Origin: Cyanophora paradoxa CCMP329
Lineage: Eukaryota > Plantae > Glaucophyta
Direction: 5' to 3'
DNA length: 64,000 bases
NCBI GenBank assembly: GCA_004431415.1
Contig: QPMI01000071.1
Location: forward strand, 477,554 to 541,553
Below, one piece after another: positions 35,576 to 47,380 of this stretch; the stretch's first letter is position 1; each line of letters opens with the position of its first letter. The translations under genes and the position numbers were made by a program. The notes below the pieces were generated by a model. It did no database searches. It saw only the letters and a list, made by a program, of their open reading frames with translations, and had not been told where the DNA came from.

Positions 35576-37285
35576 ATGGCGAGCGGCCCGCTGGACCTCC
35601 CGGACGAGCTCGTGTGGCGGATCCTGCAGCTGGCCTTCGGGTCCGACGTGCGGGCGGCCTGGTGCGCGGGGCGGCTCGTCTGCCGCAGGTTCAGCGCCCT
35701 GGTGGAGTCGCTCCCCTGGGCCTCGCTCGGGATCGAGACGGGCTCTGCGAGCTTCCCCCTGGGGCTCGCGGAGCTCGTGCGGCAGGGGCGCGTGCGCCTC
35801 TCAGCGGCCGCCTCGGTCACCTTCTCGTTCCCGTCCGAACTGGTGGAGGCCCTCGTCGGCGCTGCAGGGGGTGGAGGCGCCGCGGCCGGCGACGCCGCCG
35901 AGGGCGCGTTTCCAGGGCTGAGGGAGGCCGCCGCCGCGGTAGCGCGGTCGCAGAGAGTGCGCGAGGCGCTCGCGGACGCAGCTGCGGCGCTCTTAGGCGC
36001 CTCCGCGGCGTCGCCGACGGGCTCGCTGCGGTCCGTCGGGATAAAGCTGCCGCTCATGCGGCCGGCGGAGGCGCGCGCGGCGGCGCTGGCGGTCGTGCGC
36101 GCGCTGCGCGCGGCCGGCGCCTCGCTAGAGTCGCTGCACCTGCACGTCGTCGGCTTCCGCTTCGGCGCCGACGCGGCGGACGTGGGGGAGGCCTTCTCGC
36201 CGCTCGCCGCCCTCCGCCAGCTGCGTCTCGAGGGCGGCTGGCGCCTCGACGGGCCCTCCGCCGCCGCCCTCGCCGCGGCCGCGCCGGCCCTGGCCGAGCT
36301 CGAGGCGCCCCTGGAGGACGCGGCGGCGCTCGCGGCGCTGGCCCCGCTGCCCTCGCCGCCCTTCGGGTCCCGCGGGCGGCGACGACCTCGGCGGCGGGCT
36401 GCCGGCCCTCGCCGCGGGGGCCGCCGGGCGCGCCCTGCGGCGCCTCGCCCTCCCCCGCGACGACCTCGTCCTCGACGGCGCCGCCCTCCGCGCCCTGAGC
36501 TCCCTCTCCGGCCTCGAGGTCCTCGACACCTGCTTCCTGGTGCCTTCCCTCCCCCCCCCCCCCCCCCCTCCCCCCTCGACACCTGGTTCCTGATGCCTTC
36601 TCCCCCCCCCCCCCCTCCCCCCCGCCTCTCCCCTCCCCCCGCCTCTCCCCTCCGCCTCTCCCCCTCCCCCTCTCCCCCTTCCCCTCCCCTCCGCCCCCGC
36701 TGGCTGACGCCGCGCAGGTGGGCGGGGCGGCGCGGGGGAGGACGTGGCGGCGCTGGGCGCCCTCGCTGGCCTCGAGGAGCTCGTTCTGCGGGGCGGCGGG
36801 GCGGCGAGGCCGGGCAGCTCGGCGCGGGCCGCCTGGCGGCCCTCGCGGGGCCCTCCGCCGCCTCCCGCGCCTCGCCCGCCTCGAGCTCGAGCTGGCGGCC
36901 CCCGACCCGCCCGCCGCCGCCGCCCTCGCCGACGCCCTCTCCGCCGCCCCGCCCGCCCTCCGCCGCGCCGCCCTCCTCCTCTCCGACCCGCCCCCGCCCG
37001 CCCTCGCCGCCGCCCTCGTCGCCTGCCCCCGCCTCGCCGCCGCCAAGCTGCGCTTCTGCGGGCCGCCGCTGCGCCCCGACGGCCACGGCACCTTCGAATT
37101 CCTGCCCCTCGCGCCGCTGGGGCCGCGCCTCGGGGGCGAGCTCGTCCTGCAGTGCGCCTTCTCCGCCCGCCCGCTCGCTCGCTCTGACGCCGGGCGGGGC
37201 GCACTGCGGCAGCTTCGACGAGGACCCCCCGGCGCCCGCCCTGGCCGCCCTGAAGCAGATGTTCCCCGCCGCGGAAATACGCTGA
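35576..37285 (+). CDS. F-box/LRR-like protein
   Basis: N-terminal PLDLPDELVWRILQLAF..RLVCRRFSALV F-box and LxxLxL repeats (LESLHLH, LRQLRLE, LEELVLR). Probable 1-bp homopolymer indels. Confidence 0.75.
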   Translation: MASGPLDLPDELVWRILQLAFGSDVRAAWCAGRLVCRRFSALVESLPWASLGIETGSASFPLGLAELVRQGRVRLSAAASVTFSFPSELVEALVGAAGGGGAAAGDAAEGAFPGLREAAAAVARSQRVREALADAAAALLGASAASPTGSLRSVGIKLPLMRPAEARAAALAVVRALRAAGASLESLHLHVVGFRFGADAADVGEAFSPLAALRQLRLEGGWRLDGPSAAALAAAAPALAELEAPLEDAAALAALAPLPSPPFGSRGRRRPRRRAAGPRRGGRRARPAAPRPPPRRPRPRRRRPPRPELPLRPRGPRHLLPGAFPPPPPPPSPLDTWFLMPSPPPPPPPRLSPPPASPLRLSPSPSPPSPPLRPRWLTPRRWAGRRGGGRGGAGRPRWPRGARSAGRRGGEAGQLGAGRLAALAGPSAASRASPASSSSWRPPTRPPPPPSPTPSPPPRPPSAAPPSSSPTRPRPPSPPPSSPAPASPPPSCASAGRRCAPTATAPSNSCPSRRWGRASGASSSCSAPSPPARSLALTPGGAHCGSFDEDPPAPALAALKQMFPAAEIR

Positions 37286-37647
37286 CCAGGCTGCGATTTC
37301 AAACACTCGCTGCCGGTCAAACAAGCCTTCGCGATCGTCTGCCGAAGGGGGGCGCGCGGGCACGGGCGGCCCGGAACAGGCGGGCCTGAGGCGAGATGCC
37401 TGTCCGCCTACTATCTATCCTGAAAGAAGGTCCGAACTCATCAAAGGGCTGTGGAGACGGGAGAGAAGGAGTGGGAGACAGGGGGAACAGACTAGCGTCA
37501 CGTCGCGGGGGCGAACCACGGCACAACAGGGGTCACTGCACGGTGAGAGAGCATTATGAGGGGGCGATGCGGCCTGCACTACAGCTGGGGACGTCAAAAC
37601 TGCGCTCGAGCTCCGGGGCGCCGAGGGAGGAGGGCGGGCGGAGGCGG

Positions 37648-39506
37648 CTACTTGGCGGGGGCGGGGGCGGCGTCCGCGGGGCCGGCGGGGGCGGCCTCGG
37701 CCTCGGCCTCCTCCTCCTCGGCGCCGTGCTTCTGCTGGAGGCCGAGGGCGTACGAGAGCCAGACCCACTGGGCGTCGCCCCAGACGCTGTTCGCGAAGCG
37801 CAGCAGCGCGATTGCGCCCTTGTTCGCTGCCTCGTTGCCCCCCAGCGCCCGCTCGATCCCCTGCTCCAGCCCGTTCACCAGCTGGTACCTGCCGCCCCGC
37901 CCCGCCCCGCCCCGCTCAGCGCCGGGCGGCGGCAGGTCTCCCGGGGCGGGGCGGACCGCGGGTTGCTGGAGACGGCCATGAAGCCGCCGAGGGTGACCGA
38001 GTTCTGCACCAGCGGCGGCAGCTCGTTCGCGCTCGACTCCTGCGCCCCCGCCGGCCCCGCCCCGCCCGCCCCGTCGGCCCCGGCGCCGGCGGGCGGGCGC
38101 GGGCGGGCTCTTTCCGACCTCGAGGGAGCGGGGGGCGACGGCGCGGCGGAGGGCGACGAGGGCGTGCGTGGCGCCCGTGCCGATGAAGCCGGCCGCCGTC
38201 CCGATGACGCCGTACTGGCCGCCGCGCACGAAGACGGTCGCCAGCCGCTGCGCCGCCGTGTAGGGCCCCGAGCCGGCGGCCGCCTGCTCGAAGCAGTGGC
38301 TCGGGAGGGCGTCGAGGTAGGCGGTGAAGGCCGAGCTGCCGGGCCGCGAGCGGTGGTTCAGGGAGAGCACGGGGGCCACCAGCCAGACCGCCACGAAGTT
38401 GGCCGCCGCCGTGATCATCAGGTCGCACAGCACAAACTCCAGCTCCTTCCACAGCCGCTTCCCTGCCGGGGCCCGGCCTCAGTCCTGTGGCCGGCGGGGC
38501 CGGCGGGGCGGCGGGCGGGGCGCGGACCGCGGGTGGCGGCCTCAGCGGCGGAGACGGAGCAGAAGCCAATGGCCTGCTCGATGCCGAGCTTGTAGAGGAA
38601 CTCGTGGTCGGCGAGGATGCGGGAGCGGAGCCCCGGGCCGCCGATCTTCATCAGCAGCGCCAGCGCCGGGTTGCACGCCATCCGCACGTACTGCGCGATC
38701 ATCTGCCGCCCCGCCCCGCTCGCCCCCCGCGCGCCGAAAGGAGCGAAAAGGAAACGGAGGCCGACCTGGGGGGAGAGGGCGCCGGAGCTCGCCGGCTGGC
38801 GCAGCTCCGCGGGGAAGGAGTCCAGGACGGCGGCGACGGAGCCGCCCGAAGTCCGCACGACGTGGCCCTTCTCGACCGCCACGTCGAGCATCGCCTCGAG
38901 GTCGCTCGCGCTGAACGCCGCCGACAGCGTGCGCTCCTCCGCGTCGTCGTCGCCGCCGCCGCCACCACCCCGGCCGCCGCTGCCGCCGTTGCCGCCGTTG
39001 CCGCCGGCGCCGTTTCCGTCTCCTGCTCCGCCACCCGTCCCCGCCTCAAGCGTCGCGTGGTCGCTGCTCGCTGCGCGCGCGGCGCCGTCGACGGCGACGG
39101 GCTCGGAATGAATCGCGATGTCCTCGCTCGACTCGCTCTGCTCCTGCGCGGCGCCCGAAGTGCTCGGAGCCGGGGTCTCGTTCAAGATCGGTTGCGGCGG
39201 CCGGGCGATGATGCTGTCGGGCTGGCGGTGCGAGGAACGCCGTGCAATGTAATCCCAGTTCCTGCCGACAGCGAACACCCGAGCCTGCAAGCGGGAGGCG
39301 GTCAGGGAGGGACGGTGTTCAAAGCGGAGTGGGGATCGCGGCACCTGCGGGAGCGCGGGCTGTGCTTGTCTGCTGCGCCCGATCCTTGCGGCATTGCAGA
39401 CCGCCTCGGCGCGCGCGGCGGTGAACGGAATCGGGGCGATGCTCTGGCCGGCCGAAGCTGGAGATGCGGCGAGAGCGAACATGGTCCGCTGCATCTCGGC
39501 GCCCAC
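37648..39506 (-). CDS. RETICULATA-related (DUF3411) plastid envelope protein
   Basis: Transit peptide, Gly-rich stretch, RILADHEFLYKLGIEQAIG, LWKELEFV, NFVAVWLVAP, LPSHCFE, FMAVSSNPRYQLVNGLE. Confidence 0.9.
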
Positions 39507-39765
39507 CGCGTGCGGCCTGCAAGCTCAGGTCGGGCGCAGATAGGCGGCTGGGTTGGGTACGCAATTCACACGGTCCAGTTCAGCTTGCATCTCACGACCA
39601 CTTCGCCCCCGCGCCGGTTGCTTGCGTAACTAGAGTAGAATTCGTGTCTTCTGAGCCCGGTTTCCCGTGCATCTTATCCGCGACGATCGACCTGTAGGCT
39701 GTAGCGGCTTCGAGCCTGAACGACGATCGGCCGACCCTCGACTCGCGAAGCGAGTCGGAAGAAGA

Positions 39766-41430
39766 ATGGCGGATGCTCCGCCGTCGCCACCGCGAGAGCA
39801 CATGCCTACGCTGGACCTTCGCAGGAAGGCAGCGGAAGTGCCGCCTGGGTGGGCTCTCGAGAAGCTCATTATCGAGGATTCGTTGATAGGTGCAGTCCGC
39901 GTCGATCCCCTCGCGCCCATTACACCGACGAGACGCGCGTCGCCCCTCGCAGACCACACGAACGCCGTGCGTTGCCTGTTATCGCAAGGGGACAACACGC
40001 TCTTCTCCGGAGGTGACGACAACGTCGTGAAGGTGCACTTCAAGCTGGGCGGAAACGCTCCGGCGTGGCCGTGGCCTGATCATGAGCGCGCGTTGCATTT
40101 GTTTCCCCCGCGCAGCTGTGGGACCTTGAGTCGATGCACCCCACATGGAACTTCACGGGCCACACGAACTGGCTCACGCAGCTAGCTATCGATGCCGACG
40201 GGATGCAATTGTTCAGCGGTGCGTGGCTTGACGCTGGTGGCGGTACCGTCTGGTCGCCTCCTGACCGCCTGTACCTCAGCGAGCTATGATACGACGATCA
40301 GGATCTGGGATCTGCACAAGGGTGTCTGCAAGGGTGCGGCCCTCCCCAGGGCGGTCGGTGTGAGCGGCCGCGCGGCGCTCACTCGAAGCGCAGGCGTGCT
40401 GGAAGGGCACACGAAGCCGGTGCTCACGTTGCAGAACGCGGGAGGGAACGTCGTGTACTCGAGCGGCGTCGACAAGTCCGTGCGGGTGCGTCGCCCCCGC
40501 CCCCTGCCCCCTGCGCCCCGTTCCCGTGGCCGGCATCGAACGGCGGGTCGGGTGGGCAGGTGTGGGACGCGCGGACGCACAAGTGCGAGCAGAACGCAGA
40601 GTCGCATACTGACGCGGTCACTTCTTCGGCGCTGCACGGGAACCACGTGATCACGGGCTCGCGGGACGGCCTCATCATCGTGCGCCGTGCCGCTCGGGCG
40701 GGCGCGCGGGGCCGTGGTCTGGGCCCGGGCCGGGGCCGACGGGGCGGGGGCGCGGGGGCGCGCAGCTGTGGGACCGGGCGACGATGACGCCGGTGAAGCG
40801 GATCAAGGCGCACAGCGAGTGGGTGCTCTCGCTGCTCGTCTCGGAGGACGTCCTCTACTCGGGCAGCGACGACAACTCGATCAAGCTCTGGGACCTCTCC
40901 GTCGCCGGCGGCGACAACCTCCACCAGCTCGCCGCCTTCCGCGGCCACCGCAACGGCGTCCGGTCCGCCCCCCCGCCCGCCCCGCCCCGCCCCGCCCCGC
41001 CCCGTCCGACGGCGCCCGGGCGGCAGTTCGCTTGCGATCTCGCAGGAGGGCGGCGCCCTCTTCTCCGGCGCCGTCGACGACACGATCGGGGTGCGCGCCG
41101 CGCGCCACGCCGCCGCGCGCCGCCGCCTGACGCCTGACGCCGGCGGGGCGGCAGGTGTGGGACCTGAAGCAGCGGAAGATGGTCGACCTGCTGCAGCTCC
41201 CCAGCAAGCGCCTCACGAAGAGCGAGGACAGGCCGTACCACACCCAGCAGCAGGGTCCGCCCCGGGCCCCCGCGCCCCGCCCGCTCGGCGGAGCCGCCGC
41301 TGATCCGGCGGGGCGCGCAGCTGTGCTGAGCCTCGCGGTCTCGGGCCCGCGGCTCTTCTCCGGCCTCTACGACTCGACGATCAAAATGTGGACCCGCAAG
41401 GGACGCCCCAGCGTCATCGTCGACAGCTGA
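39766..41430 (+). CDS. WD40-repeat protein
   Basis: Repeated GH..LFSG.DD..K(L/I)WD units: FTGHTNW, SYDTTIRIWD, SGSDDNSIKLWD, YDSTIKMW. Confidence 0.9.
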
Positions 41431-42090
41431 GGGCCGGCAAGCGCTCCGTGCGGCGTGGCCGACGAGGGCCCTGCGCTGGATCTTAGGCAGATTTAGGCAG
41501 GCAGCGCCCGCTCCCAGGCCCACCCCCCTCCGTGCTCGTGCCCGCGCATCTAGGCAGCTGCAGGTCTCCATCCAGCAGATATGTGGAGTCGACTTACATG
41601 ATGGTTGCCCGTCTTGCCCGTCATTGTGGAAGGCCTCGGCCTTCATGATCAGCTGAATAAGCGAAAAGAACAACGAAGAAGAGCGAGGGAGGGGGAGGGG
41701 TGGGTGGGTGGGGGGTAGCAGACAGTTGTTGCGCTGGCAGCAGTTGAATACGTTTGAACGCGAAGTCCCTGCTTCCCGAAATCGAACGCGTAAGGCTGCA
41801 GCGCGACTATCAAAAGCTTAAGCTACAGCGACCGAACCGCATCGCTAGACGCGCAGCACTGCGCGCGAGGGACAGAGCGCATACCGGCGCCCGCGAGCCT
41901 GCGAAGCCCGGCGATTCCAGCACTGCGAGCGAAGCCTGATTCAACCGCGAGCGCCTTTCTGAGAAGCCGGCACGCAAGCAAAGTCTACGCTGCACGTGGC
42001 ATCGCCAAGGGCGCAATTGCGCAACTGGACAGGCTTGGCGGCCCCCTGAGCACAGCACCTGCGGTGACTGAAGCTGCAGTGTCGTCTCCT

Positions 42091-43328
42091 ATGCTGTCCG
42101 CGATGACCGCCGCGGCCGCCGATTTGGTACAGCTGTATGTGACGCCCTGCGAAACCTCCTCTGGGCAGGCCGAGCTCGGCCACTGCCGAGCGGTCGAGAT
42201 CGATGCAGCGAGCGTGCTGCGCCCGCTCTCTCCAACTTGCACGGCGGAAACCCGAGCCGTCTCGCCCGGCCGGGCGGCAGCAGGTGTGACAGCGCGCGGC
42301 TGCTCCGCCAACGCACTCGCTGCGCTAACGCACGGCAGCGCCGGCGCTGGGCATCCCTCTCGAGCGGCTGCTCGACGCGGACGAGGTGGTGGCGGCGAAC
42401 AGCGCGCGGCAGCGGCGCGAGCGGCGGGGCTCCCTCAGCAGCCGCCCGGGGGACGTCGTGCGGGTCGAGGTGAAGGAGCTGCGCTTCCCCGAGGCGGCGG
42501 ACACGGCCGTCGTGGTGCGCTGGAACGGGGCGGAGGTCGCCCGCTCGCCGCCCGTGGAGCGGGCCGCCTTCGCCCGCCTGCGCTTCGCCTTCGTCCTCAA
42601 GATCACCGACGTGCGGCCATCCGCGCCGCCGCCGCCGCCTCTGCCGCCGCCGCCGAGCGCGCCGCGCAGGGCGAGGGGGAGCTGCGCTTCGAGGCGCTGC
42701 GGCGGCGCGGGGGCGCGGGGGCGGCGGCGGCCGTCGAGGGCGCCTTCGCGATGCCCCTCGCCGTCGTCGCCCCGGGCGAGCAGCGCGAGCTCTGGCTCCG
42801 CTTCCGCCCGCCCGCCGGCTCCTCTGCCACCACCGCCGTGCGCCCCGCCCTGCCCCGCCCCGCCCCGCTCCGCCGCCGCCGACGCCGACGCCGCCGCTCC
42901 CGGCAGGGTGCCGCGCTGCTGAGGATCGAGCACAGCCGCGAGCGCGTGCCGCTCGGCCGGGCGAGCGTCACGCCCCCTCCGCGGCCCGAGGCGGGCCGGC
43001 CGGCTCCGGGGCCAGCCCAGCCGCCGCCCTCGGCGCCCAAGGGCGAGGCGGCCCCGCACGGGGCGGGGGCTCCCGCGCCGGCCCCGTCGCCGGCACCCCG
43101 AGCCCCGGCGTCGGCGCTGTACCCGGCAGGCGCGGCGCTCCTGGCGGCCCTGGCGGCCGTCGCCCTCGCCGCCTGGCCCCCGCCGGCCCCGACGGGCCCT
43201 CCGTGAGCCCCGCCGCCCCCGCCGCCCTCGCCGCCCTCGCCGCCTGCCTCCTGCTCTGCCCCGCCGCCCTCGCCGCGGTGCTCGCGTGGCGGCGGACGGC
43301 CGCCCCGCGATCGGCGGCGAGGCCGTAG
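42091..43328 (+). CDS. C2-like domain protein with C-terminal transmembrane segments
   Basis: VVRVEVKELRF..AVVVRWNGAEVARSPPV..FAFVL..LRFEAL..GAFAMPL..LWLRF..GAALLRIEH beta pattern. Two hydrophobic helices if one C is restored in the run at about 43177. Confidence 0.55.
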
Positions 43329-43573
43329 CGCTCCCCTTCGTGGCATTTCTCTCTTCTCGATCGTATTTTGATGCGCTATGGTCCCGAAGCGCAGTTATTC
43401 CGTGGAACGTGTATTTTGCGTGTAGTTTGCGTTATGCATAACTTATTCAGAAAATAAGACAAGAGTATCAAATGCACCATCGAGGACTGTAACGCGGGGC
43501 ACGGCGCCGGCGGGCAGGCCCCGGAGATCCAGGTGTAGATTGAGGGGCGGCCAGGCGGCGATCATGATCATGA

Positions 43574-45205
43574 TCAGGGCGGGGCGCCGGGGGCGGGCTC
43601 GAGGGCGAGGGCGTGGAGGGCGAGGGCGGCGGCGCGGGAGGCGCAGCCCCAGGCGACCGTCCAGCCGGCCCCGCCGTGCCCGTAGCTGCGCCCCGCCCCG
43701 CCCCGCTCGGCGGCGCCCGAGCGCGGCCGGCCAGGGCGAGGCTCGGCGGCCTTAGCTGACGCGCACTTGTGTACGACGGGCCGGCCGTGGGGTCCGCGCC
43801 GCTCCAGCTCCAGGCGCACGCCGCCCCGCCTCACCGGCCGCCACGCCGCCTGCACGGGGGCGGTCGCGGGGGCGCCCGGGCCGGGGTCGCGGGGGCGGGC
43901 GGGCGGGGCGGTGCGGGCCGCGGAGGAGAGGGCGAAGGGGGCGGGGCGGGCGGCGAGGGCCGGCACGATGGCCGCGCAGCGCGCCAGGATCGCCTCCGCC
44001 TCCGCCGCGCAGACCTCCGCCTGCCGCTCCGCCCGCCCGCCGCTTCAGGGCCGACCGGCGGGGCGGGGCGGGCGTGGCGGGGCGGGGCGGGGCGGGCACG
44101 GGGGCGCGCAGGGCGTCGTCGTGGTCGGAGGGGGCGGCGGTGCCGCCGAGGAGGGTGAAGTCGGGGCGGGGGAAGACGTACGCCGAGCTCCCGTCGGCCC
44201 CGTCCGGTCCGATGTAGAAGCGCCCCAGCGCCAGCGGCGGCGTCACCCGCAAGATCTGCCAGGAGTCAGCGGGGCGGGGCGGGGCGGGGGGGCGGGGCGG
44301 GGGCGCCTGGCCGCGGACGCCGTGGAGGGCGGGGTCGGGGGCGAGGAAGCGGGCGGCGAGGCCCGTGCAGTTGAGCACCGCGGCGGCGCCCTCCCCCAGC
44401 GGCTCCTCCACGCTCGCCACCCTGGCCCCGCCCCGTCCCCCTCAGCCGCGAGGCGCGCCCGGGGCGCGGGGGGCGGGCGCGGGCGCGCCGGCGGAGGCGG
44501 AGGGAGCCTCCCAGGGAGGCGAAGCGCTGGCGGAGCAGCTCGAGGCACGCCGTCGTCTGCACGAGCAGCGCCCTGAAGCCCAGCGCCTGCGCCCGCCGCT
44601 CGCGCAGGCGAGGGGAGGTCGGGCAGCGGCGGGGCGGGGCGCGCCGAGGAGAAGGGGGAGCCGGGCGGGAGGCCGGCCTCCTCGGGGGTACACCGGCGGG
44701 AGCCCTCCGGCACCTCCCCTGCCTTTTCGGGGCTCGCCGGGTCCGAGGCGGTCTGGGCCCGGAGCGGCGGGCGCGGCGCAGCGCCGGTGAGCGGCCGCCT
44801 CGCCAGCGCGCGCCGGCGCCGCGCTTTCAATAGATCTCGCACCGAGAGGAAATAGCCCTCGATCTCGCGCACGACCCCGGCCCAGCCCGGTGCGCCGATG
44901 TAGCTCTTGTACCGCTCGACGCTCTCCCGCGTCCACTGTGCGGCGGCGGCCGCACGTGCGCAACTCGTCAGAGGTACCGGCGCCGGCGCCGCATGCGCAA
45001 GCGGTGCGGCGCGCACCGCGTCGACGAGCTCTTTGGGCTCGATGCGGTAGGGGTGTATGAGAGCGCCCGCGACGTCGCTGGTGGTCTCAGGCGAGAGCGC
45101 ATCGGTCCAGATCTCGACCTGTAGCTTGCCCGCGCTCAGCTCAAGCAGCCGGATCGCCGTGGAGAGGCCAGATATGCCGGCGCCGAGCACCACCGCGCGC
45201 TTCAT
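43574..45205 (-). CDS. D-amino acid oxidase / D-aspartate oxidase family flavoprotein
   Basis: VVLGAGISGLSTA, TTSDVAGA, VLNCTGL, VRGQ, LRPVRRGGVRLE, VVHNYGHGGAGW. Confidence 0.9.
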
Positions 45206-45457
45206 GCCGGCGCGCGCCCCTTTATTGAACCAGCAATGGACTAAACAGGATCGATCCAGCAGCGGCGCTGCAGCGCTTTCCGACGCGCAAGCACGCGCTG
45301 GAGGGGTATGGCACGCGTTCCGAGTTCGGCCCAACGCAAAAAAAGACCGCATCCGCGCGAAGTAGTCAGCTAGCAGCGCGTCGTGCGGCTCTCTCTGTAG
45401 TTAGATCTATCATCACAACCCTAATCCAGCGGTGATCGAAGCCCGCCAGCCCGCGGC

Positions 45458-47380
45458 ATGGCTTTCGCGCCAGCGCCCGCACTTCGCCCCGGCGAGCTCT
45501 GCGGGCCTCGCCGCGACTTCCTCGGCCGGGCGATGCAGTACAGATCAGTTATAAGCAGTCTACGCCCTGCGCCGATGTCCGGGCAACCTCCGGCCGCGGC
45601 CATCCTCGAGCTCGGATCGAACTCGCCTGGAGCGAAGGGCGCGCGTGGGAGCCCTCGAAGTCCACAGAGGAGACATTTGAGCAGAAGAAGAGTATTTGGC
45701 GCCGCCGCGGGCGCGGCGCTGGCCGCCGCTGGAATGTCTCTCCCCATGGCCAGCGCCGGCGCCAGCGCTAGCGTTGCCGCTGCGGCGCTCCCGCTGCGGG
45801 CGCCCGGCTCGCCTCTGCGACCGCCCGAGGCTGCGTATCGAGGAAGTCGGCACGCACACACCGGCAGCATCGTTTACCCGCGCCGCGTTCTGCTCGCGCC
45901 CCGCACCGGTGCCGCGGGGCACGCTCCGGCAGCTGGAGGGCCCGCGGCCGTGACCGGAGCGGCGGGGGCGGGGGCGATGGCGGCCGCAGCGCCCTTGCCG
46001 TCGTTCCTGTGCAACATGGCCGCAGGCGCGGTCGGCCGGGCGGTCGCCGTCTCCGTGACCCACCCGATCGGTGCGGGGCGGGGCCCGCCGGGCCGGCCCC
46101 GGGGCGCGTGCGCGTGCGCCGCGCGCACGCCACCGCCGACTCGCGGGCCGGGGCGGGTGGCACGCGCAGACACGCTGAAGACGAGGATGCAGGTGCAGCG
46201 CGGCGGGGCGAGGCAGGGCAGCGCGGAGGCGCTGCGCGGCCTCCTCGCCACGAGCGGCGTCGGGGGCCTCTACGCCGGTCCGCCCCGCGCCCCGCCGGCC
46301 CGCCGCCACGCGCTGAGGGGAAGGAAGGGCTGGACGGGTCGCTGGTGGGCCAAGTGCCCTCCTCCGCCCTCGCCTTCGCCGTCTACGAGCTCGCGGTGCG
46401 TGCGCCCCGGGCCCGCCGCGCCGCCGGCCGGGCCCCGGCGCCTCTCCCGACGCGGCGCGGGCGCGGCGCCGGCGCAGCGGGGCGCCTTCTCGCCCCTCGT
46501 GCCACCCGACCTCCACGTCCCCTTCACGACCGGCGAGCGCCCGGCCCGCGCCCGCGCCGACGGCCCCACTCGGCGGCTCACGGGCGGGCGCGGGGCGCAG
46601 CGTGCGGGTCGCTCGGGGGCCTGGTGGGGACTCTCCTCGTGGTGCCCAGTGAGGTTGTCAAGACCCGCCTCCAGGCCCGCCCCGCCCGCCCCGCCCGCCC
46701 CGCCCCCTCGCCGCCGCTGACGCGCGTCGGACCAGACGGGCGTGCACGCCACGGCGGGCGAGGCGGCGGGGGCCATCCTGCAGGAGGAGGGCTGGGCCGG
46801 CTTCTACCGTGGCTGCGGCATCCAGGCGCGCCCGCCCGGCCTGGCGCCGGCGGCGCCCGAGCCTCGGAGCGCACGTCGCCCTGACGGGGGGCGCAGCTGG
46901 TGCGGGACGTGCCGTTCCGGGCGCTGCAGCTGGCGGCCTTCGAGGCGCTGCGGGGCCCGGCCGGCGCCGCCGCCCTCCCGCCGCCCTCGCCGAGAGCGAC
47001 CTCGCGCTCGGCATGCTCGCGGGGGCCCTCGCCGCCGCCCTCACCACCCCCTCGACGTCGTCAAGGCCCGCCCGCCCCGCCCCGCCCCGCCCCCGCCGCG
47101 GCCGGTCGGGCCATGTCTGATCATGACCCCGGACGGCGCCGGCCGGACGCAGACGCGGGTGATGGCGCAGCAGCGGCAGGCGGCGGCGGCGCCCGGCGGG
47201 GCGGGGGCGGCGGGGTACCGGGGGGCGGGGGAGGCGCTGGTGCGGATCGCGCGGGAGGAGGGCCCCGGGGCGCTGCTGCGGGGCCTGGGCCCCCGCGTCC
47301 TCGCCGTCGCCCCCATGTCCGCCCTCTTCCTCTCAGTCTACGAGACCCTCCGCGCCTCCCTCGCCGCCCCCGCCTCCTAG
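45458..47380 (+). CDS. Mitochondrial carrier family protein with MAF plastid transit peptide (SAM-carrier-like)
   Basis: THPIDTLKTRMQ, VPSEVVKTRLQ and a third DVVKTRVM signature, GFYRG, RDVPF. Confidence 0.85.

Noticed and set aside
36340-36360. Apparent frameshifts in F-box/LRR, C2 (about 43177), carrier (about 47050) and SDR (about 56748) genes as programmed frameshifting or pseudogenes
   Set aside because: Each is fixed by adding one base to a C/G run, so homopolymer sequencing error is more likely.
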